Assembly: GCA_012862495.1 (NCBI GenBank) | Contig: BLSG01000073.1 | Span: 143,010 to 207,009, forward strand | From: Thraustochytrium aureum | Lineage: Eukaryota | DNA length: 64,000 nt | Direction: 5' to 3' | Shown here: positions 34,501 to 46,091 of the stretch, in pieces | Layout of the letters: each line of letters begins with the position of its first letter | How positions within the stretch are numbered: position 1 is the first letter of the stretch | Notes under the pieces: model-generated | Database searches by the model: none | Told to the model about the DNA's origin: nothing | What the model saw: the letters and a program-made list of their open reading frames with translations, nothing else | Made by a program: the position numbers and the translations under genes

Positions 34501-34976
34501 CCTTCGCGCGTTAGCGACGCGGCGGTGAGAACCATGTAGGCGCTCTTGGGCGTGGCGCCGTGGTCGCCGAGTACGCGCGGCGTCACGCATTCAAAGGAAT
34601 AGCAGATCCCCTTTCGTTCGGCATCTTCCCACCACGCGCTAAACTTGGCCTGGCCCTCCCCCGGCCAGACAGCTTCAAAGTACCGATACAGCACGACCGC
34701 GCCGACGCGCGAAAACTCGTTGGCGGTGGCGTTCTTGGAGTAAAACGGGGGGGCCATCACCAGCGAGCCCGAGTGCTTTTTGCTCACGTACAGAACAGCG
34801 TCCTGGCTGTCGAGCAGGGTTGCGAGCCGCTTGTCTTCGTTCTGGTTGTCAAACTTGGGCAGAAAGTTGGTCGTTGTGCGCACCTCATAGGCCCCTTTCA
34901 GCCACTCCGCATCCATCTTCTCCTGATTCGGCGTGGCCTTGTCCTCAGCCCCGCTCTGCTGCTCAGCCGTCGACAT
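31588..34976 (-). CDS. Plant-type trifunctional tRNA ligase (adenylyltransferase + polynucleotide kinase + 2',3'-cyclic phosphodiesterase), AtRNL/RLG1-like; gap 34160-34439
   Basis: Ligase motif I SKKHSGSL, YSKN, VGAVVLYRYFEAVW, FECVTPRVLGDHG, WRLPLN, QVHVRSD, LYRG, KLKCLNYMWRTFGVRN; kinase P-loop PPGGGKSSL and DKNIPN; two HxT motifs HVTL and HITD. Confidence 0.88.
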
Positions 34977-36488
34977 AGCTGTCGTGGGCGATACCGGGTA
35001 CCCCACCAAAAATCCGCGAGGACTGGTCTCACCGAGTCAGGTAGCCTCCCTTCGAGGCCCCGCACGCCGCGCGCCGTGTCCCGCTCGCCCTCGCCCTCGC
35101 CTGCGCGCTCTCTCTCTCGCTCGCTCGGCGCTCACCGCCGTCGCACGGGCCGTTTCCGCCGTTCGTTGCGAGTCTGCCGCAGCTGCGCATCGTCGAGATA
35201 CGGATCGATGCAGGAACGTTCATAGAACGCGATGGGCGACAATTCAGTTTGGAAGGAGCGAAAGGTCCGTTGAGGATACAACTGAACACTGGACGACCTC
35301 GTTGACGATGATTGATCGAGTCGATGCATTCACGCGCTCGATAGAGCTCGAAGGCTTCTGGGAGCGAGGTGGAGAGCAGTCTCGCAGAGAGCAAGCAGCT
35401 GCGCCAGCGAGCGCGAGCAGCGCCTGCCCGCGGGCTGTCCAGGTTGCGGTCCGGGACGGGGCCGAAAAGGCTGATACTTGCCCTTGGGCTGCGCGTGCGA
35501 GCTGGAATGCCGCTCTGTGTGCCAGAACGCGTCGTGTACCAACGCAGGCTGCCACTCTCGCGGTCTGTCGCGCTCGGGCGGCGCGGCGAAGACGAGGCCG
35601 CGCTCGGCGCGCATCCGGGCAAGCTGCCTCGGGCCGGAAATGTGCAACCGGGGAAGCGCACGGCGCCAGCCGCGCAGGCGTGCGCAAAGCAGTCGATGGG
35701 GTCCTTGCAGGCGACGAAAAACCAGCTACCCCTCGGGGATCTCTCCCAAATGCGCCGGGCAGCATCGCGCGAGCAGCATATTGACCGGATTCGAAGGACC
35801 GCGCAACTGCCACTCGAGGCGCCCGAGTCGGCAACTACGCGAGCTTCCGGCAGACCCATCCCGGCCAGCCCCGGGGGCGAGCAGCAAGCGCGCTTGCCGC
35901 GACGACCGTGGCAGCCGCGAAGCGCCTCGGTCCAGATGCGTCCTTACAACCCCCGCCTCTCGCGCAAATTGATTGCATTCCTCGACAAGCGCCTGGAGCA
36001 AACAGCTGATCGCGCCACGCCAGAAACGGCAACCGGGACAGCCGTAGCCCAGCAAAACGAAAGTTTTGCGCCCGCCCGCCCGAAAACGCCGCACCCGCAG
36101 ACGCGGCGAATAGTGTTGGCGCGGCGGCAGAAGTCGGCAACGAGAAAGCGATGATCGTCAGCACGGAGGCAAGCGAAATAGGAACAGTTGTCGAATCGGT
36201 GACAAGAGGCGCGACCCTGGCAGAACCCGCGAACGCGTTGGTTCGCATTGAGCATCTGCAACAATCTATCGCACAAGGCCCGGCGGAGCCGAAAGGCAAG
36301 CAATATTCCGATCCTGGGAGAATGCAAGTTGGGCTGGCCCCTCCTGTGCACCTTGTATCGCAGCAGGCAGCTTGTTTTGCGGCCACTGCAATTGAGGCAG
36401 CCATTTTACGATTCAATTGTAGCGGCCACCGAATCATTGGCGGGTTCGACGTCTCGGCGTTTTCCAGCAGTGCGATCCTCGCCGCACT

Positions 36489-38896
36489 TCAAATGCTTGC
36501 GAAGTGAGCCCGACTGAGGGCGGGCGGCTCTGATTGAAACTCGGTAAAGTCGTCATCGTCACCGGCGTCGTCCGCTGCACTACTATCCACCGTAAGACCT
36601 CTCGTTTCTGTCCTTGTTTCTTCTCCACCCGCGTCTTCGTTCTTGGCCACCGCCGTTCCACGAAAATCGAGTTCTCGTTGCTCTAACGCCTGGGTGCTTG
36701 GCTCATCCCGTGGGCTGTCAAGCCGCGGAGCAGCGTCGCCCTCAAGCGATTGGATTGGGCTGCGCTGCGCTGACTCGCCTTCACCAGGCACGTTGTCTGC
36801 AGCGGGGGCGAGTTTGACGTTGGGCGTGTAANNNNNNNNNNNNNNNNNNNNNNNNNNNNNNNNNNNNNNNNNNNNNNNNNNNNNNNNNNNNNNNNNNNNN
36901 NNNNNNNNNNNNNNNNNNNNNNNNNNNNNNNNNNNNNNNNNNNNNNNNNNNNNNNNNNNNNNNNNNNNNNNNNNNNNNNNNNNNNNNNNNNNNNNNNNNN
37001 NNNNNNNNNNNNNNNNNNNNNNNNNNNNNNNNNNNNNNNNNNNNNNNNNNNNNNNNNNNNNNNNNNNNNNNNNNNNNNNNNNNNNNNNNNNNNNNNNNNN
37101 NNNNNNNNNNNNNNNNNNNNNNNNNNNNNNNNNNNNNNNNNNNNNNNGCTCAGGGCCTGCGACTTGATTTTCGGCTTGTTCGCTCCTGGCGGCGGCGCCA
37201 TGACGACCTCGCCAGAACTCAAGGCACGGGATTTGCTTTTCAGGGGCTTGCTCGCTCCGGCGGAGGCGCCACGACGATCTCGCCAGAACTCAGGGCCTGC
37301 GACTTGTGCTTGCGAGGCTTGCCCGCAGCTGGCGGCGCAAGCATGACAACGTCGCCTGAGCTCGACGCACGTGCCTTGACATGTCTGGCCATCGAGAGTT
37401 CTGGCTTGTTAATCTCGTCCGGCTCGCGCGAATCCTCACTTGCAATTGACTCTCGGAATACGTCTTTGCTCGGAACGTGTGTGGCAGGTGGGGCAAGCAT
37501 GACAATCTCACCATGGCCAACATTGCCCGAGGGAGGAGCACCCAAGCCAGAGCTAGAGCCGGCACTTGCGACCCTATTTGGGTTCTTGAGCGCCAACGAC
37601 GATGGGGGAGACAGCGTGGCAATTTCCCCGCCCACTGACCCCCGAGGCACCGGACAGGCCTTCGCAACCCCGACGACTTTCGGCGGCTCTTGAGGCTGAT
37701 GGTGATGGGCCCCAACTCGGAAGCACCGTGGTATCGCGAGCCGCCCCTTGACGACACGCTGGAGGGGCCCAGCTCGTCGTGGCCAACGTCGTCGTCCGAA
37801 TCAAACTCGTCCTTTTCTATCTTGGTACCAATGGCGCCTTGCCCTTGGCTTTGCCCAGGCGCAGGTACGCTGTCCCGGCACTCGGCCTGTCGGCATCCGG
37901 GTTAAAACCAGTGTCGATGGGCACTGCAACCACAACCTCCTCTTGCGCGGCCTGGGCGTCCCTTGCCGTGTCTGCGCTTTCGGATTCCCTCCGAGCTCCG
38001 ATGAGCCGCTTGACAGATTCGGCCCGGAAGCTGCCCTTTTTGCGGTTGTTGTGCTCCTCCTGAAACTTTTTCGAGTCCTTGATCGACGGCGACTCGCGGA
38101 GGATTTCGGCTGCAGACTTGGACGCCTTTGGAGGCGGCGCCTTTGGGGGCTCGGCGCTCGTCGCTGGGCGCGGCGCTGGCGCCTGCACGCTACTGAGGGC
38201 CTCAGCTGCGCCGCACAAGAAAGCATGCTGGTGTTTCTTCAGCGCCTGGTACGGGGCGCGGATAAAGTCGAAGCGGTGCTGGAAGAGCGCGCTGAGCTCT
38301 TCGAAAAGCTCTTTGGTGACGCTTTGAAACTCGTCTGCCATAGCCTGGAGGTCTTGCTTCTTTGCAAATACCCCCAGCGCTTGCTTTTTTCGGTGGGCCT
38401 TTCGCAGCGCCTCGCGAGCCATCATTCTCTTCTTAACGTCGGCGAGGATGGAGAGGTTGATGTTGAGAGGCTCGAGGACCTTGATATCAAGCTGCCCCGT
38501 GAACGCGGCGCGCAGCGAGCCTGGCTGCGAGCCGGCTAGGTCTCCTATTGCGTTTGCGTACTTGTGCGTTTCGACGCGGAGGGCTTCGTCCGCCTCGCAG
38601 AAGGTCCCCACGTTCGAGGCGAGCGTCTGCATGTTGAGACACATAAAGTTTGTCGCCTTGATGAAGTTGACCACGTTGGTGCGTAGCGTCTCGAGCATGC
38701 GTTCTAGCGAGAGAATGTTGCCGTAAAGGGCCTGCATCATCGGGTCAGGGTCTTCTATCGCGTCTTTGCTCGGCTTTCGCCTGCCACCGCCAGTGGCGCC
38801 TGAAGCCTCCCTCCCGCTCGACCCGCTGCTTGCGGTCCTTCCAGCCATCGTCGTTTCGCGCGGGCCGCCTCCGCCGCTAGCGCTGCCTGCGCGCAT
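36489..38896 (-). CDS. BAR-domain protein with long disordered tail (internal repeats, adaptor-binding motif); frameshifts ~37820 and ~37650, gap 36832-37147
   Basis: Helical N-terminal domain LERMLETLRTNVVNF...KVLEPLN...DVKKRMMARE...FQSVTKELFEELSALFQHRFDF; repeats of SSG(E/D)(V/I)V(M/V)xxPP; C-terminal DDDDFTEFQS. Confidence 0.62.
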
Positions 38897-39330
38897 GGCC
38901 TCGCACAAACCACCGTCCAGCCAGGCTTTTCAAGGGGGTTGGGCTGGGGGGGCTCTGCGCAGTGCAGGCCGTTCAGGGCCACCGCAAGGGCGTGGACAGC
39001 CGCACGCCTTCCTCGCCACCAACCGCCCGCGCGAGTGCCAGCCAGGGACAGGCCGCGGCTCGCCCGTGTTGTGGGTCTGCAGCGCCGAGTTAATCGCCGG
39101 AACGAACACATCAAGTTCCTTTTCGTATCTTATCGGCAGTGCTTGTGCTCTTGGCGTGAGGCAGCCGACTCCCGGTGACGGCGGCCGTCGTCGAGGCCCA
39201 ATCGGACAGCGCATCGCCCAATCTGACAGCGTATGGCTTACTATCGACAACGGCAGGGCGACACGCGCAGAGCCCCCAAATGGGGAGACCGAGAGGCGGC
39301 TGCGCAACAACAACAACAAAACCCAATGCG

Positions 39331-40188
39331 TCAGCCATAGCACCGCACGGCGTCGAGCGACCCTTTCGCAGCAGACTGCCCGCGCCGCTCCAAGTAGCGC
39401 TGGTGCCACACTTCAGCTGGCCACCACCGCCCCCGCGGCAAGATTTCGGTGGTTACCACGCTGACTGGGTCCGCAAGGCAGTCTCCGACGATCTGCGAAA
39501 TGTCGCGCGCAGCTTCGTCGCGAGCTTCGAAAACAGCCGCCCGCTGCTCTGCCGAATCGACAAAGACCGCTGACCGATACTGTGTCCCAACGTCGTTGCC
39601 TTGCCTGTTCGGCGTCGTGGGATCATGCAACTCGAAGAACACCCTGGCGAGGTCGAGCGCGCTCACCACGCGCGGGTCATACACCACGCGAACCGCCTCA
39701 GCATGGCCAGTGGTCCCGGTAGTCACGTCATCATAGGTGGGCTCATCCAAGTCCCCGCCAGTGTACCCGACCTCCGTTCGCAGCACGCCTGGGACCCTGT
39801 CAAACTTGATCTGCACCCCCCAAAAGCACCCCGCCGCAAAGACCAGTTCCTCGGCCTCCTCGGCCTCCCCATCAGCGCCAGCGAGCCCAGGCTCCCCGAG
39901 CGGCTGCCTGCCCAGGAGCGCGCGGAGTTTNNNNNNNNNNNNNNNNNNNNNNNNNNNNNNNNNNNNNNNNNNNNNNNNNNNNNNNNNNNNNNNNNNNNNN
40001 NNNNNNNNNNNNNNNNNNNNNNNNNNNNNNNNNNNNNNNNNNNNTCGGGCCGAGCGTTCGTGCGGTGAACGCCTTCCTGGCGCGCCATTCCGCACGCTCC
40101 TCCAGCCGGATCTCGCCAGCTCCAGGGGCCCCCAGGCACGCAGGCGGCGTGCCACGAAGCCCGCGAGCAGCGCAGCGGCGCAGCGCAT
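39331..40188 (-). CDS. msrA: Peptide methionine-S-sulfoxide reductase MsrA, probably with organellar transit peptide (start uncertain, small gap)
   Basis: GCFWG, EVGYTGG, TGHAEAV, NRQGNDVGTQYRS, AEVWHQRYL, C-terminal VRCYG. Confidence 0.93.
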   Translation of the reverse strand: MRCAAALLAGFVARRLRAWGPLELARSGWRSVRNGAPGRRSPHERSARXXXXXXXXXXXXXXXXXXXXXXXXXXXXXXXXXXXXXXKLRALLGRQPLGEPGLAGADGEAEEAEELVFAAGCFWGVQIKFDRVPGVLRTEVGYTGGDLDEPTYDDVTTGTTGHAEAVRVVYDPRVVSALDLARVFFELHDPTTPNRQGNDVGTQYRSAVFVDSAEQRAAVFEARDEAARDISQIVGDCLADPVSVVTTEILPRGRWWPAEVWHQRYLERRGQSAAKGSLDAVRCYG

Positions 40189-40468
40189 CCGCCCTGTCCT
40201 CGTCCTCAGCAGCGCGAGCGGGAGGATCGGATCGGTCCATGGGACTACATTGGAGGCTACTTGGGCGCGCGAGCGAGCAGCTGAACCCCAGGACGCTGCA
40301 GACACGCAAGCCGACCAACGAACGCGGGGGAGGCAGGGCCGGGAGCGCTGCGGGTTGGCGCAAGAGGCGGGCCGAGCGGTCGTGCTCGCCGCGTAGAGCC
40401 TGCTGCGCTTGGGCCGGGAGGGGTTGGCGGTTTCGGGCGGGGCGCAGGTGCTGCGCAGCTTGGCCGCG

Positions 40469-42322
40469 ATGCAGCAGCCCAGCGGCGCGGTGAAGAGCCG
40501 CGGCATTGATGTGCGCGAGCAGATTAATCAGGGGTTTGTGAGGAGTGAGCTGGGAACCGCGGCGGATGACAAGGCGACTAGGATCTATGATGCGGCCGAG
40601 GTGAACCCGTTGCTGCTCAAGCGGCACGCGTCGGGCGCCGTGGAAAACTACATGGCTGCCATTTCTTGCTTCTTGCGCGCGATCCCGAGCGTGAAGGACG
40701 TGCGCTCGAAGCGGCTCTTGCAAGAGCACGTCAACAAGCTCTTGCTGCGGCTCGAGGGCATGCGCGCGCTGGCCCGCGAGGCCGATCGGCTGATTGCGCT
40801 CAATGGGGGCCTGCCCGTCACCCTGCAGCCTCACGAGAAAATCAACTACATCCCGGCCGACTTTGACCCGAGCTCCCTGCGCGGCGACTTTGACGCCGAG
40901 CTCGCCGAAGCCTTCGACATGATCACGCTCGAGCTCGCGCAAGAGGAGCTCGTCGACAGGTCCAACATGTACGCGGTTGGCACGGACGTGCAAGTCCGCG
41001 CCAAGGAGAACAGCGCCTGGCGCACCGCGGTCGTCTCCGGGTACGACAAGGACAGATACAGCGTGCGGTTCGCAGATGGTACCGAGGAGAGCGGCGTCGA
41101 CCAAGGACGCGTGCGGCTTCCCCAGGCGGAGGAGCGCCCCGCGCAAGAGACGACGCTCGAACACGAGCTCCGGATGGAGGTGATGAGCGAGATCGTAGAG
41201 TCCGAGCGCCAGTACAACCTTGACCTGCACAATCTGGTCGTCGACTTTGTTCACGTGTTGAAAAACCCGGCGCACTGGGGCGGCCAGCGCGAGCTCCACG
41301 AGACCGTGTTTTCGCAGAAGACACTCAACGACGAAGAGGCGCGTGCCGTGTTCGGCAATGTGGAGGAGATCGCCAAGATGAACAGCGAGCTTCTGCGCGA
41401 GATGGAGGAGGCGTTCGAGAGCATGCAGACTGACCAAAGCCTGGCCGCGATCTTTGTAAAATACGCGCCGCGATTCAGGCTGTACACTGACTTTGTGGTC
41501 CAGGTGGAGGAGTCGCAGCGGCTCATTGCAAGGTACCGCAAGGAGCGAATGGGATTTCGCGCCGCGGACGAGGCCGCCGAGCGCAAGGCCATCCCTCCCC
41601 TCGTCGACCTCATGCAACGGCCCGTCGGCCGGGTGCAAGTTTACATCGACCAGCTGCGTCGGCTCCAGGAGCGCACGCCAGCAGACCATCCCTCGTTTGC
41701 TGACATCAACCTCGCCGTGGACCTCTTCCGCAACGTTGAAGAGTACATGCGCCAGGCCTTCCACATGCGCGAGAATCAGCGCAAAGTCGCCGAAATCGAG
41801 CGGCGCTTCTCGCCCGTGTACCCGCTTGTGAGCCCCACTCGGTTCTTCATCGCCAAAGGCGACCTCTCGCGAATGGAGGAAGGGAACACGAAGCTGCGCC
41901 ACTTTTGGCTTTTCAACGACATTATCGTGTGCGGGCGCACTTCGGAGTGGCTCGCGCGCGGGGCTTTCCGGCACCTCGGGACGCTGACCTTGCGCGCGTT
42001 CGGCGACTCGAGCGACTTTGGGCCGCTCGCGATCTACGTCAAGGGCCGCCACGAAAAGTGGACCATGATCTGTCCCGACTTTGACACCAAAGCATTCTGG
42101 ATGCAAAAGCTGGCGCTGTGTCCTGACGCGATCAACGAAACGCGCCGCCATGGCGCCAGTCCGCTCGGGACTCCGCTTGCCGAGCAGACAGCTCGCATGC
42201 AGAACATGTCTATCAACTGCACCCCACCGCTCAAGCACGTATTCAGCTCTGGCCAAGGCGCGTCGCTTCACTCGCACAGTCCCCGGGCTGGGCTGTCCGA
42301 GGGGCTGCCACCAGCAGCGACC

Positions 42323-42355
<33 letters not shown>

Positions 42356-42466
42356 GCGCGCTCTCTTCCGCCTGGCTGGGTCGAGCTCGTGGACGCCGGT
42401 TCTGGCAAAACCTACTTTTACAACGCGGACATGCAAACGACGCAGTGGGATCGGCCATCGATGTAG
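40469..42466 (+). CDS. Rho guanine-nucleotide exchange factor: MIT-like, Tudor/Agenet-like, DH, PH, polyproline and WW
   Basis: DH: RMEVMSEIVESERQYNLDL...VFGNVEEI...LMQRPVGRVQVY...TPADHPSF. PH: FIAKGDL...RHFWLFNDII. WW: LPPGWVELVDAGSGKTYFYNADMQTTQWDRP. Poly-P at 42321-42356. Confidence 0.88.
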
Positions 42467-42646
42467 ACCTCTAGCTGGAGGAGGCGGTGCGCAAGCAGCC
42501 AAGCTCGACAAAGCAGAGCAAAACAACAACACAGTTTTCCTTTTTTCCTTGCTTTCACGAGGGCTCGCAAAGGCAGGAAGGGGCTGGGCCCATGGGATCC
42601 GCCGCCCTCCGAAGAGCCATGGTCGATTGGCACCTCTGAGCCGTGA

Positions 42647-43990
42647 TCAGCCGCAACCGCCAAGCGTTGGGTCGTACTCGCCGACTCGAAACCCGCTCTG
42701 GCGCGTCCCATACGCCGGGACGGACTGGCCGGAAACGCAGTTCTTCACTGAAAAGTCGAGGGAGTCCTCGTACACGATGAACGCGCCGTCGTCAGGGTAA
42801 TAGATGACTCGGCGGATGGGGCCGCCGTCCATACGGATGCGCACAGCGATGTCCGGCGCCACTGAGCCACTCAGATCGTGGCAAGGCTCCGGACGGACGT
42901 AAAACACGATCTCGGTTGTTGGCATGGGCTCGCGGGTTCCGTCTGGTCGCGTACTCCACGGGATGTCGTTGATCGAGGTGCCGCAGGTCATGGCGAGGAT
43001 GGGCGCCCCGCTGTCTTCTTTGGGAAGCATGTACCCCGTGCTGTAGCGCGCCACGCCAGACGAGTTGTCCGGCATTGAGACCAAGGTTACGTCGAGGTAG
43101 TGGTACTCGTGCCCGAAGAGACGCAGCGGCTCCTTGAGCGCCAGCAGGACGATGAAGAGGCTGTCCATGGCCTGCCAGCGCCGGATGTCCCAGCTGTGGT
43201 CGCGAAAGGTCCCAAAATCGTACACTTGCTTCTTGCCGTCCACGGCAATCGTGCCGCTTAGTCGCCCGTAGTCTTCATAATGTCCGTGGTTTTTCGAGCG
43301 CTTCAGGCAGACCTTGAGGAACTGCATGCCCCACGGCTCTTGGCTCAGGTTCTTGCCCAGCGTCTCGGCGCAGTCGTCGCGCATGTACCAAAACACAGGG
43401 GTCTCGCGCTCGTAAACGAGGTCGATCTCCACCTGCACCTCTTCGCCCTTTTGGGCGCGGACCTCGGCAGGTGGGGCGCAGCCCCGGCGCATCTTCCCGC
43501 TGAATGTGACTCGCCAGCGCTTCATCGGCTCAAGGCAGGTGTACTCGAGGCCAAGCGCGGACGGGTTTTGGTTGGCCATGTCGGCCGGGACCTCGTCGCG
43601 CTCCAGCGCCAGCTCACCGTGGGCCTGCAAGTCCAATAGTAAGAAAACATACGACTTGTTCCCCTTCTCACCGCGGCGGCTCACGCGCGTGATGATGCGG
43701 TCTTTGGTGTCCCAGTCACACCCGTTGAAATAGTATGACTCGTTGAAAAATGGGTGCGGCTCTGGCCGATGAAACCTCTCAATCTCCTCAGCGCTTTTGG
43801 CCGAGGCGAAGCTCGCGCGCTCGCGGGCTTTCGCGATCAGGGCCATGCCGAGCCCCAGCGCGTTCTTGAGGCGTGATCCGCCGACCGGGTCCATCACATT
43901 GCCGAATTCGTCGCGCCGTTTTCCCGGCGTGCTCAGCATCCACCAGGCCACGCTCGCCAGCGCAACGACGAGCGCCGTGGCTGCCCACAT
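42647..43990 (-). CDS. Membrane-anchored protein of probable tocopherol-cyclase/AttH-CrtC-like double beta-barrel fold
   Basis: N-terminal anchor MWAATALVVALASVAWWML; FNESYYFNG, CLEPMKRWRVTFSG, HYEDYGRLSGTI, RDHSWDIRRW. Confidence 0.55.
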   Translation of the reverse strand: MWAATALVVALASVAWWMLSTPGKRRDEFGNVMDPVGGSRLKNALGLGMALIAKARERASFASAKSAEEIERFHRPEPHPFFNESYYFNGCDWDTKDRIITRVSRRGEKGNKSYVFLLLDLQAHGELALERDEVPADMANQNPSALGLEYTCLEPMKRWRVTFSGKMRRGCAPPAEVRAQKGEEVQVEIDLVYERETPVFWYMRDDCAETLGKNLSQEPWGMQFLKVCLKRSKNHGHYEDYGRLSGTIAVDGKKQVYDFGTFRDHSWDIRRWQAMDSLFIVLLALKEPLRLFGHEYHYLDVTLVSMPDNSSGVARYSTGYMLPKEDSGAPILAMTCGTSINDIPWSTRPDGTREPMPTTEIVFYVRPEPCHDLSGSVAPDIAVRIRMDGGPIRRVIYYPDDGAFIVYEDSLDFSVKNCVSGQSVPAYGTRQSGFRVGEYDPTLGGCG

Positions 43991-44354
43991 CTCGAGCCCG
44001 TCTCGTCCCCACCGTCTTGGAAATACCGCACCCTGCGCGGACTCGCGCACGCTTTCGGGGCTCTGTCGCTGCTCGGCTCGCAATCCAAACGATCGTGATG
44101 ATCGGACAGCCCACATGCGCGCGAGCCCGGGTATCCTCGATCATTCCTCCTGGTCCTCGCCAGCGGTTACTTACGTGTTACTTACGAACACACCCGCGAA
44201 GATGACATCATGAGCACACGCTTGTAGCGTTTATTGCGTAGGGCGACAGGCGGCCCGGCCGGTTGCTTACGTCCGTGATCGCGAGCCAGCCAGACGAGCC
44301 CGAGACGAGTGCTTTGCGTCAGGAGACCTCGAAAGGACTCTCGAAAGCGCGGCC

Positions 44355-45555
44355 ATGGAGCGCGGCGGAAGGGCGCGAAAGCGCGCGAGGCTGGCAGAAG
44401 CCGCCGACCATGTAACGGCGGCCGCGGCGGATGAGATCGATGCTATCTTTGGGCTGGCGCAGGAGGCGTCCGGGGCGAGCGAGAGCGAGTCTGACGAGGA
44501 GGAGGCTGGGCTTGGCGATGTCCTCGCAGACGGCGACAGCGCCAAGCGCAGCCAGGACAGCAGCGAGTCTTCGGACGGTTCTCAGGATTCAGACGCATCG
44601 TCGAGTGGGACTCCAGCCTCTTCGAAGCGAGGCGGCGGGGACGCCGAGCCGGCGGTTGTCGCGCTGTCCGAGATCGACGCGAAGATCGCGGCGCTGGAGG
44701 CAAAGCTCGCCGGTGATAGCGATGACGAGTCCTCCGGCGACGAGTCCTCCGGCGACTTGTCCGACGGCTCGAGCAATTCGCCCGAGGGTTCTGTGCATGG
44801 AGATGGCGGGAAGCAAGCGCCACGCCGTCAACCATCCGGACAAAGTTCAGCGTTTGTGACCCGCAACGACGGCGCGGAGGAGGACGAGGAGGAGGAGGAC
44901 GACGAAGAGCTGGAGCCTATACCCGCGCTCCCCGCAAATCTCCTGCCTGCCCCAGGGATCAGCAAACGGTTGCACGGCGGGGAGAACGCGGAAGCCGCCG
45001 CCGCGAAAAAGCAAGGCCGGCCTGAAGAGCGGAGGGTCTGCGAGACGTGCAACTACGTGTGCTATGGAGCAGAGGCGTGGACCAAGCACGTCAGGACGCT
45101 GCTGCATCGGCAGAATGCCGTCCTCGAGGCCGGGGCAGCCTTCGAGACCGGCCAAAAGCGCAGCCTCTTCTGCCGGGTCTGCTCGGTAAGTTATTTGTTT
45201 CGGCTCGGCGCCCGCCTCCCGCGCCCCTGTCCACATCGCGTCTCGCGCCGCTTCTCGCGCATGGGTTGTGGAGGTGCTGACAAGTCGCATGTGTTTCGCT
45301 CAGCTCCAATTCTCCACGGTCGACGAGTTTCAAGAGCATCGGGCCACAGAGGAGCACAAAGATCGCGCCAGGGAGGAGCGCCGGGCCTCCTTTTGCCAGG
45401 TGTGCCGCAAGCAGTTCACGAGCGCCGCGCAGCTGCACGAGCATGTCAAAGGCAAGGTCCACCTCGACAAGCTGGAAGGGCTCCGGACAAAGTGGGCCCA
45501 ACCTGGTGCTCCAAGAGGCGGTCTTGGCCAAGGCGCCGGGGGCGCCGGCTGTTAG
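44355..45555 (+). CDS. Acidic protein with three U1/matrin-type C2H2 zinc fingers; exons 44355-45185 and 45304-45555
   Basis: CETC...HVRTLLH; CRVCS|LQF...HRATEEH across the splice; CQVC...HVKGKVH. A phase-0 intron restores the second finger. Confidence 0.82.
45186..45303 (+). other. Spliceosomal intron, 118 nt
   Basis: GTAAGT donor, CTGAC branch site at ~45277, TTTCGCTCAG acceptor; removal joins the frames exactly. Confidence 0.85.
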
Positions 45556-46091
45556 GGCCCGCGGCGGCCGCGGCGGCCGCGGAGGAAGAGGGCGCGGCCG
45601 GCCATAGCTCCAGGCACATCGATCACGCGGCACCTTTCGTAGATAGAGAAACTGACACACATGTCCACATGAGCTCTTTCAATTGACATCACCGAATGTC
45701 CCACGCGGGCCCGCCCTTCGGGGCCTCCTGCGCCAGCCAAGGCAGCACGCGATCGTCGGCAGCCTCCAGCGGAGCCACCGGGCAACGAGCGGGGCAGCGC
45801 GAAACGCACACCACAAAATTCGCCTGCTTGCTCTGTTCATGGTCATCAATGAAAAGAGGTGCCAGACCTCTCGATCAATCAGTCAATCAACCGCGCGGCG
45901 GCAGCTGCCTCGCACCGCGGCGCGTCGCGCACGCCACCAGCAGCGCTTCTCACGAGCACTGTCGGCGGAGGCCACAGGCAGCAAGTGGTGCAGAAGACGA
46001 GCAGGCGGGCGGCGGCGGCGCGTGCGCGGCGGCGACAAGCGGCATTCCGCCGTTGCTCGTGAGCGGAAGCCAGCGCGTCCGCTCCCACTCA

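Noticed and set aside
35369..36507. ORFs 35369..36154 and 36151..36507 as genes
   Set aside because: May encode a low-complexity protein, but there is no motif or clear start to support a call.
39872..42532. 886-aa minus-strand ORF (likewise 60454..62085, 15861..16649, 3163..4095)
   Set aside because: Antisense shadows of GC3-rich real genes, with Arg/Ala/His-rich non-protein-like composition.
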